Below the pieces are notes generated by a model. It did no database searches, was not told the origin of the DNA, and was given only the letters and a program-made list of their open reading frames with translations. From Lingula anatina (taxonomy: Eukaryota > Animalia > Brachiopoda): a DNA stretch of 64,000 nt. The translations under genes were made by a program, and so were the position numbers. Positions 56,435-64,000 of the stretch are shown piece by piece. Numbering within the stretch: position 1 is the first letter of the stretch; every line of letters starts with the position of its first letter. The stretch lies in the NCBI GenBank assembly GCA_051362555.1, contig CM120644.1, positions 13,972,567 to 14,036,566 of the forward strand, written 5' to 3'.

Positions 56435-57211
56435 GCACGCGCACACACACATATTCACACACAAATATCTAGTGGCGCTCTTTCAGTCGCTTTCTAATCA
56501 ACATTACAAAACAAGCACGTATATATTAGACCTAAAATCAAAAAGAGACAACACCTTTGTTTCGTAACTCATTTTCTCTCGCTTTCCGAAGCAATTCATT
56601 CACTTCAGAATTCCACATCATTTACTGAACCAGTAAGTAAAATGGACCACAGCTTTGGGACACCCTTACCTGCGACAACCTGACGACAGTGTCAAGGAAA
56701 GCGTCCGCGTTCTTGGGCAGCAGGAAAACGAGGCTGTGGTCGTTCAGTTTCTCCTCCATCTCTTTATCGAACACCACGTGGACTACAGTGTCGCCTTGCA
56801 CCGGGATGCACTTGGCACCTTTGTAGAAAAATTAAGATTATTTTAAATAAAAATAATCAGATAGAACAAAATCACAAGAGGCCCGGGAAAATTTTGCAAT
56901 ACCTTTAGTGAACCTAGTGTTAAAAAACAAACACACACAATAAATAAATAAATAGATAGATATACTTACTTTCCGTATGGCAGTTAATTCTAACTCTGGT
57001 CAATTCCTCCACGCTGACGGTGGACAGCATGTTGCTGCTGTCAATCAAATGGACGTCGCGTCCCGTCAAAGATAAATACCGATATAGAAGAGTTTCGTGG
57101 AGATTCACTGTCTTTGAGTAATAGAGGTCGATTGGTCTCACTGGAATAAAGTAAAGGGCACATTGGAATGATAGGAAATTAGTCGGCAGTGAAAAAAAAC
57201 ACGTAAGGATA

Positions 57212-57254
<43 letters not shown>

Positions 57255-58988
57255 GAGAGAGAGAGACTCAAGTTGTAGAAAAACAACATCACGCCTACAT
57301 AAAGTGGTAACCCTATTGTCCCTCATTTCTACTTCTAGCTTCAATATCTTTGTGTGATATGCTGTTGTTGGTTGATTTTAAAAAGTCGAAATAACTTAAT
57401 CCTAAATCTCATACATACACTCGAGAACAAAAAAAAAAAAAAAAAAAAAAAAAAAAGATATGTTATTACCCACCATGAAGCCATCCAGAAACTTTCTGCG
57501 GATAGACAACTTTCTCGGAATCTTTCAGCCGGATTCGTATTTCCGTTATGAACACACCGTGCACGTTCATCAATTTATTATTATCCACGATCTGGCGGAA
57601 AGTAGATAAAGAGCTCATGGGGATAGAATACCTGAAACATTGGACTTAATTTCTAAATTTCGGAATGCTCAAAACCTAGTTTGCCCTACAGAACCAGTAA
57701 TTCATTTCAAATAATTTTTACGCGTCAGAGTTTACGCTGCAAAATGAGAAATACCATAGAAACATACAGAACAGAAATCAATATCAGAAATTTCATTTTA
57801 AATTCTATCGCAAGTCGAAGATTGATGTATAAAAAGACATTACAGGAAACAATGTGCGTACGAACACGCTCATTTACAAAAATAGCAACATACACATACA
57901 AACGTTTTGTTTTATGACAAAATAAATTAAAATATATAGAAATAATAAAAAAAATAAATAAATATAATTGAAAGGAAAGAGTAAGGGCCCATTCCGTATT
58001 AATCTGTTAATCTGATTGCTTTCAGCGAGAGTCTCCGCGGAGCAGGATCCATCTACGTGGAACGATGGTTTCATTGGGAACAAGCCTTTAACGATCAATT
58101 TGTAATTAGTGAGTACTAGCTGTTAAAATTTAAAAGTTTATGCTTCCTGCACCATACTGAGGGGGATATGTATCTTGAATTAGATATGGTTTTAGATAAT
58201 AAAAACTGATCGAAAAGTGGGCACAAAAATCGATCTTTTACCTGAGTAATAAGGAACCATACTCTATCTGCTCCCAGAGGAAGTCATCCTCGTGAAGACA
58301 GAACATGAACCGCAGCGCCCTCTCCAGGTGTTCACGTCTGTCCAGGAAGTTCATCAGGTTACCGCGCATGCGGAATGTGGTCATGAAACGAGGCTGGTCT
58401 GTAATTAAAAAAATAATAGTAAATAAATAAACAAATTTAAAAAAACTAAAAAAAACTCATTAACAGTACTTAACTATTTCTTTGAATATGAATATCATTA
58501 TTACCTTTTGAATAGCCCTTGTATGTTATCTTAATCATATTAAATGTCGGTATCTTATTTAATAACATACATGTATACCAGTAAATATATACAAGTAATT
58601 ATAAAATCATACATGATTACAAAGAACATATTATAAACAAATCATTTATATCAAAATATGTGCAAAATTGTTTAGGCCACGTATGTAAAGACGAAACTCA
58701 CGAGAACTGTTTTAAAAATAAAGTATAATCAAATGTAGGTCTTACACTATAGTCTCTTTTCAATAACAGTTGGGTCAAGATCCGTTCAACCTGACACATT
58801 CAATTGTGGTATAAATAGAATGAAAAACTAGTATCACGACAACTGGCGATCACAAAAACATCCATTATCGCACAGAAAGGACAGAACTTCTCCAGTTCCC
58901 AGCATAAAAGACGTCATTGACATCATACAGTATATTGTACGCCACAGATATCAAAGCCATGAATAACAGTCGTAAGTTCGAATTCTTT

Positions 58989-59037
<49 letters not shown>

Positions 59038-60525
59038 CATAACCGCACCTCTCCCCGATTTTTAACCACGCCAGTCGTGAGCTCAGATTGTTAAAAGAAG
59101 GGGGGGGGGACTCATTTAACCTATATGTGTGTACGGCTGAATAAGTCATAAATAATCACGTTGAAGCCCAATGTCAAGTACATATTTTTGCCGTTATCCG
59201 TCCAACCCCGTTACTGTTTTTTTTTCCGGATACTCAAATCCCCCACCCACACAACTAAACTTGTTTTCTACTCGATGGGTCAAGCATCTGCCTTAATGTT
59301 TCGAAATAGGGGCAAGACACGTATAAAATTAATGCATGAATTCAGAGAACTATGCAAATAATTCTAAAACATCTGGAGGTCACTTCACCTTAATATCGAC
59401 CCGAACGGTCGGTTTTTCTTTCATACATGTCTGGCATGCATCTCTGAGTGCGGTTAACCTGTTATGAGAGCAAGGGCAAAAGGGGTAAGTTTGAAACCAT
59501 CAAGGTGAAATGTGAAGGTTCTAAATACATGATTCGTGATGTGTGTAATAGTACGTCAAAGAAAACGCAAAACAAGTTTTGTGGGTATCAGTTTTATCAT
59601 TTTGCAAAAGAGAACACGGTATGGCTGTGCCACTTTCTATGACAGATCAAAACGGTTCCATTCTCTTGCCCCTCGCCCCCCCCCACTCTTTCTTACATGT
59701 TTCTTGTCCTATTGCGGATCGGAAAACGGACGAAATGCTGGTATCTCTCTCTCTCTCTCTCTCTCTCTTGACACACACTCTCTCTCTCACTTACACACAC
59801 ACACACCCAGTCTATCTCTACCCTTTCGCTATTCTTAAAAAATATTTAATTTTTTTATAAATACATTTATCACTGACCACAAACTTACCAGACACGTTCC
59901 GATGTTTTCGACGAAACTCCGTCAAGCGAGCGGCAGATGCTTTTTCTTCCACGGACGACAACAGTATCTCCATATTTTCCAGAAGCTTTTTGTGTCCATA
60001 GGAAGATTTAACATTCTCCACCAGGGACCGGCCATCTTCTACTTGTGCCGATACCTATATGAGTTGGATTATATTTACACAATTTATCTAATCAATAAGT
60101 TCTTGTTTCTTTTTTACTGGTAAAGTGCAACGACAGAAAGCCAAATATTATTATTTTCACTTTATAAGCCGCCTCATAAAGGTGAAAAATGAATGTATAT
60201 ACATAGACAAAACATGCCAAATACCCAAGTAAAAATAAATACCCACATTGAATCAAAGTACAAAGGCATGATCACTTTTATTGCGGCTAAAAAATCAACA
60301 CATCAGACAACACAATCCAAATATTCATTCTTTGTTTACTTATTCTTCGATGTTTTTCGTTTGAAGGATTGTCTTATAACCATAACACAAAACTTTTAAT
60401 TTCTGGTTTTAGGCGAGGCGTACCTCTCGAGGGAAGTGGCAGAAAGCTGTCATCCAGTGGACCTCCTCGAGGGTCAGGTCTTTGGTGACATCCTCCAATA
60501 GATTTAACTCCTCTTCCTCGGACAT
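44575..60525 (-). CDS. DED-like / TRADD-N-like / possible TIR-like adaptor fused to a metacaspase-like (peptidase C14) protease with long C-terminal extension, 1043 aa, 18 coding exons
   Basis: Exons in transcript order: 60525-60424, 60054-59889, 58398-58242, 57631-57474, 57140-56970, 56818-56670, 51824-51770, 51210-51080, 50798-50628, 50465-50286, 49861-49563, 49246-49152, 48641-48385, 47761-47559, 47303-47035, 46147-45948, 45516-45283, 44709-44575. All junctions are phase-compatible with no stop over 3132 nt; 16 GT-AG introns and 1 GC-AG intron. Protease motifs RTALLIG, LPGVEND, ATKENI, FFLFYAGHG, DEGLVTAD, MVFDCCHSG, HLAAA...AYE, HGLLT, QTPQLEG. The 56670-to-51824 join is inferred from phase only. 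Confidence 0.85.
46241..46488. mobile_element. MITE with CCC(A/G)GTTTCACAAA ends; inverted related copy at about 51510-51710
   Basis: cccagtttcacaaa...tttgtgaaaccggg; the internal gagtgctgtaaca...cctgataggg..agatgtg...aacgttggtaat...aagttcttaacc block is found reverse-complemented at 51555-51636. Confidence 0.65.
46779..46991. mobile_element. MITE with 33-bp terminal inverted repeats in a protease-gene intron
   Basis: ccctttacactggacggcgtcctttctgcgtcc ... ggacgcagaaaggacggcgtccagtgtaaaggg (1 mismatch). Confidence 0.8.
48751..49007. mobile_element. GATCGATC-family MITE, well preserved
   Basis: ggctgggtacccatacctagatcgatcta ... tagatcgatcta...gggtctgggaatggtccc; internally palindromic (cgcctactgaagctgc...gcagcttcagtaggcg); TAT on both flanks. 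Confidence 0.8.
49152..51210 (-). other. Metacaspase-like catalytic domain (exons 8-12) with intact His-Cys dyad
   Basis: His codon of YAGHG at 50693-50691; catalytic Cys codon of FDCCHSG at 50357-50355; p10-like region FVHLAAASHLEVAYE...HGLLTSCM...QTPQLEG. Confidence 0.9.
52855..53337 (-). promoter_or_regulatory. Cluster of NF-kB/Rel-type sites with an adjacent splice donor; candidate intronic alternative promoter
   Basis: GGGGATTCCCC 52986-52996, GAAATTTCCCC 53227-53237, GGGATTTCC 53288-53296, GGGAATTCCC 53328-53337, GGGAATTTT near 52955, ETS-like GGAAGTG at 52921; minus-strand donor GTG|GTAAGA at 52861/52860. Confidence 0.55.
59889..60525 (-). other. Death-effector-domain-like N-terminal domain (exons 1-2, about 85 aa)
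   Basis: LLEDVTKDLTLEEVHWMTAFCHFPREVSAQVEDGRSLVENV...NMEILLSSVEEKASAARLTEF follows the DED hydrophobic pattern (LLxxIxxxLxxxELxxLKFLC...IxSGxDLF...LxxLLxxIxRxDLxxxLxxY); the RxDL motif is degenerate. Confidence 0.7.
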
Positions 60526-60738
60526 TGTCCAAAGAGAAAGGGGGGCAAGTCCACGAAGGTGTCTTAATAGTCTCTTGTGGGGCGAGGTGGTGGTGGTGGG
60601 GTGGGGTGGGTTCACGGTCAGTCTCGAGGTCGTGTTCCCGTGCAAAACGGCTCTCAGCTCTGGTGGTCAGCTAAACCTGGATTGTAAAAATTGTGATTGT
60701 AAATCGTAAAAGGGCGGGTAACTCAGATATTTTCTCGA

Positions 60739-60808
<70 letters not shown>

Positions 60809-61620
60809 GAGCATGCGTTCACACTGACAAGTGCTAGTACACAGCGGGTATTTACAAGTGTTAGCTACACGGGGCTGATTCCACCATATACATATGCATT
60901 CCAAACCATTCTCAGTATCTAAGCTACCTGAAAATGGGGTAGGTAATTTATAGGTACCTAAATACCTGAAAACAAAAGTGCTTAACGCTAACATACTAAA
61001 CATATACCTATACCGTGTCGGCCATTCGCAAATAGTAATTGACGTCCAGTAAAATTCCCAAATTCTGACTTATTCAACTCAAAGCACGCTACCTTTTAAT
61101 CCAGCACAGTGTATAACTTGAACGCGATCGGCCAATTTTTTCGATTGACCTCACGAGTTCAATCGATCGATAAAATTCCCCAAAAGAACGAGACTGTTGT
61201 TTGATAAACAATGGCTTTTGATATTAATGAATTGGAAACCATCCAAAAAGCGTTGCTCCTAAAATAAGAACTCGTCGCTTTAAAATACCCAACACCGAGT
61301 TTTTTTTTTATACCAATACAAATAAAGAAACTAATCGAGCAGTTTGGCCATTCAATTGAAATTTACCAATCGATTACTAGTATGCACGTGTACCACCGTT
61401 TGTTTACAAACAATCCACCTCTCTCGCGTTTGGCAAAGGTCCAGTGCATATACTGGCATGTCCCTCTAACACACGCAGTATTACTTAGGCTTCTAACACA
61501 AATCACATGCATGTGTGTATTCGATTTTCACTGTCTAAATCTGGGTTATGTACCCTGCATATGCACTGCTAAAGTATATAAATATTCAGAAGATATATAA
61601 GCTCGTAATTTATATAATAT

Positions 61621-61845
61621 ACTAGAAAAGCACTCCGAGAGCGCAGACCTCCGCCAACGCAGCGATTTTTTTATTATTGATTATTGATTGATTATTGATC
61701 CAGATCACCACCAAAAACTAATCATCTCTTCCTTGGCTCACTTTTGACAGTTCCTGAAAATTTTATCAAAATAGGTCCATAACTTTTTGAGTTATGTTGA
61801 TGGCAAACAAACAGGGGTGAAAACATAACCTCTTTGGCGGAGGTG
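61621..61845 (-). mobile_element. Helentron-associated non-autonomous element, second near-complete copy
   Basis: Reverse complement of 41509-41795 with shorter internal segments: actagaaaagcactccgagagcgcagacctccgccaa...ataacctctttggcggaggt. Confidence 0.8.
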
Positions 61846-61882
61846 ATGATATTTGATAAATCCAGGTAGACATGACTTCTCT

Positions 61883-61964
<82 letters not shown>

Positions 61965-63269
61965 CTCTGGTGCTCTAACCTTCTAAAACTGCAGTCTCAA
62001 CGTGAAAGTTCATTCAATTACTTTGTGACTATTCACGAAGTAGGGCATCCGACTGAACAGAGCGTAGATTCATTTAATTTTACACGTAGCACGCACAGAT
62101 ACATGTACCTACACCAAAACATCAATTGTGACTTCAACACGGTGGCGGCTTACTCTTCCCACTGGAAATATGTCACGCAGAACGGTGCTTAACCCTGGTC
62201 TACCTGCTTCTGAAACGTGCGGATGCCTTAATGGCACCGTACACTTGTCCGTCCCCTTGAAGTTCAGTGTCACATTGAGGAAGTGGACGTATGCTAAGAC
62301 CACATTAGTGACGATGTTTGCATAGTGACGTCAGAATATTTTTTACATTATCAGTAATGGTTAGTCTAAACCTTCATTCACCTTACGTGCTTTATATTTG
62401 TGTTGCATTTTGAGAGCCATTGATTTTACATATGAAATATCATTATGAAAAATGTTTATTCCATTTTTTTCATTTCTACTTCATCTGCTAAAATGTTCAA
62501 TTATTATTATAATTATTATCGCAATTTTTAATTTTCATTCCTTATTTTTTTACTGGCGACGCCTTACTAAGTTTTCCTGATATTCCTGACCTAATAGACT
62601 TCCAAGTACACACGGGAATGTGGCTTCTTTTCTAACCTCAGCCGATCCCTTATCGGAGACGAAGTAATTCAATTCACATCGTAAGGAATTGAGAGTATTC
62701 GTCTTTTAGAACAAACCAGTTCAATAAGGGGGCGTGTCCAGACAAAGCCTGTTCGGACCGAAAATCGGTCTCACTGTCGTCATTACACGCACGACCTAAT
62801 TACTACTCAAGTCCAAGGTTTGTCAAACTCCGTCCTATTTTTTCGGTCCAAATAAGTTTTTATCTGCACATTGCAATTATATGCGTATTTCCATCGCCAT
62901 TTAGCAGCCGTGAAAACACAACAAAGCTTACTTGTTGTGGATTAATTCCATCGTTCAAAATATCGGTAGGTGTAAACAGGACAATTGAATCCATACACAT
63001 CTGTGGCGACAAAAGACCGCTGTTAGAACGGGAATGTCAGTCTAACGTCAGTCTGCATATAAAAGCCCTTTTAACCCTATATTGCTATAACAAACTATCA
63101 CGATATCGCCCTTCCTTTTGCTTCACCAGCTGTTGGGCCATCAGCTGTCCATACAAACTGTGATGTCCTAGAATTAATATATTCAAATTCCTTGAGCTGT
63201 TTTTACACACGTTAAATGTGTCTAGGTTGCAACACACTATGGGTTTTTTAATTGGATGGTGCTTCTTTT

Positions 63270-63445
63270 TTAAAAGGGGGATTCTTCACGTTGAACAAAT
63301 ATCCCGGTATTTAAAAGGCGTTTCTATATGTGTATGATTCCTTCCCCTTTATTAACAGACTAAACCGTAAAATCAAACAAGCTGCATGAAAAACACGACG
63401 TAGTCTGACAACAAGGGAATCCATCAAAATCTGCAGGGAATTTCC
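63270..63445. promoter_or_regulatory. kB-type sites upstream of the DED-protease gene
   Basis: Consensus GGGAATTTCC at 63436-63445 and weaker GGGGGATTCT (about 63276) and GGGAATCC (about 63415), roughly 2.9 kb upstream of the ATG; the target gene is not established. Confidence 0.3.
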
Positions 63446-63785
63446 ACCCTTTCTTCTTTCAACACAAATAACGCCGTTTTTGACCACTATAAATAAATCA
63501 CTTCTCGCATACATCATTCCTGAACAAAGTCATTGGCATTTATTGATCGGCCTGCTGGATCCAGACAGATATCATTGTAGTGAATAATTTCTGTGGTGCG
63601 GGCGAAGCACTAATAAAGCTTGTTCACATAAGTCACATGTTAGATTGGGAGTCCGTCTGAAAACGCGTCGAGACTGAACACTAAGGCCCAGTGGGACTTC
63701 TAAATCAGGAAATCGTCTGACGTCGCGAGATAGATCGATAACGAGACCAGTGAATTCAGGATTTTGCCAAGCGGACTGTGTGTGT

Positions 63786-63834
<49 letters not shown>

Positions 63835-64000
63835 GAGAAGGAGGAAGGTAACTTTCCTATAATTTTCCTATAACGCAGGGATAGAAGGTTGCCTGTTTTG
63901 TTTCATTTTGCTGCACTTATTTTAACTAAAATATTTCTGCGTTAATTTTATCTAAGGTATTTTAGTATATAGACTTTTTTCTCTCTTTTTCTTGGGGGGG

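Noticed and set aside
60526-60645. In-frame N-terminal extension upstream of MSEEEE
   Set aside because: Starts at TTG, has an in-frame TGA just upstream and low-complexity content; more likely 5' UTR.
62109-62325. Short overlapping ORFs near 62.2 kb
   Set aside because: No consistent exon chain or recognisable domain.

Overview
AT-rich, intron-rich animal (invertebrate-like) genomic DNA. Five protein-coding genes were rebuilt by hand from splice sites and exon phases. (1) 3832-11358 (+): 8-exon, 343-aa secreted, probably GPI-anchored cysteine-rich repeat protein. (2) 15700-24103 (+): 5-exon, 343-aa glycoprotein resembling the skeletal aspartic-acid-rich protein (SAARP/CARP4) family, but with a basic instead of acidic N-terminus. 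(3,4) Two paralogs in a roughly 6.5-kb tandem duplication (28584-32847 and 36317-40958, +), encoding Cys-rich precursors with three furin-type sites and a C-terminal Cys-bracketed peptide. (5) The main candidate: an 18-exon, 1043-aa gene (60525-44575, -) that fuses a death-effector-domain-like N-terminus, a TRADD-N-like segment and a possible degenerate TIR-like segment to an intact bacterial/fungal-type metacaspase-like protease (YAGHG...FDCCHSG) with a long C-terminal region. The intron separating the adaptor half from the protease half holds a cluster of NF-kB-type sites and a strong donor site, suggesting an inducible protease-only isoform. The rest is MITEs, Helentron-type elements, local duplications and microsatellites. 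Domain calls come from motif recognition, not database searches.
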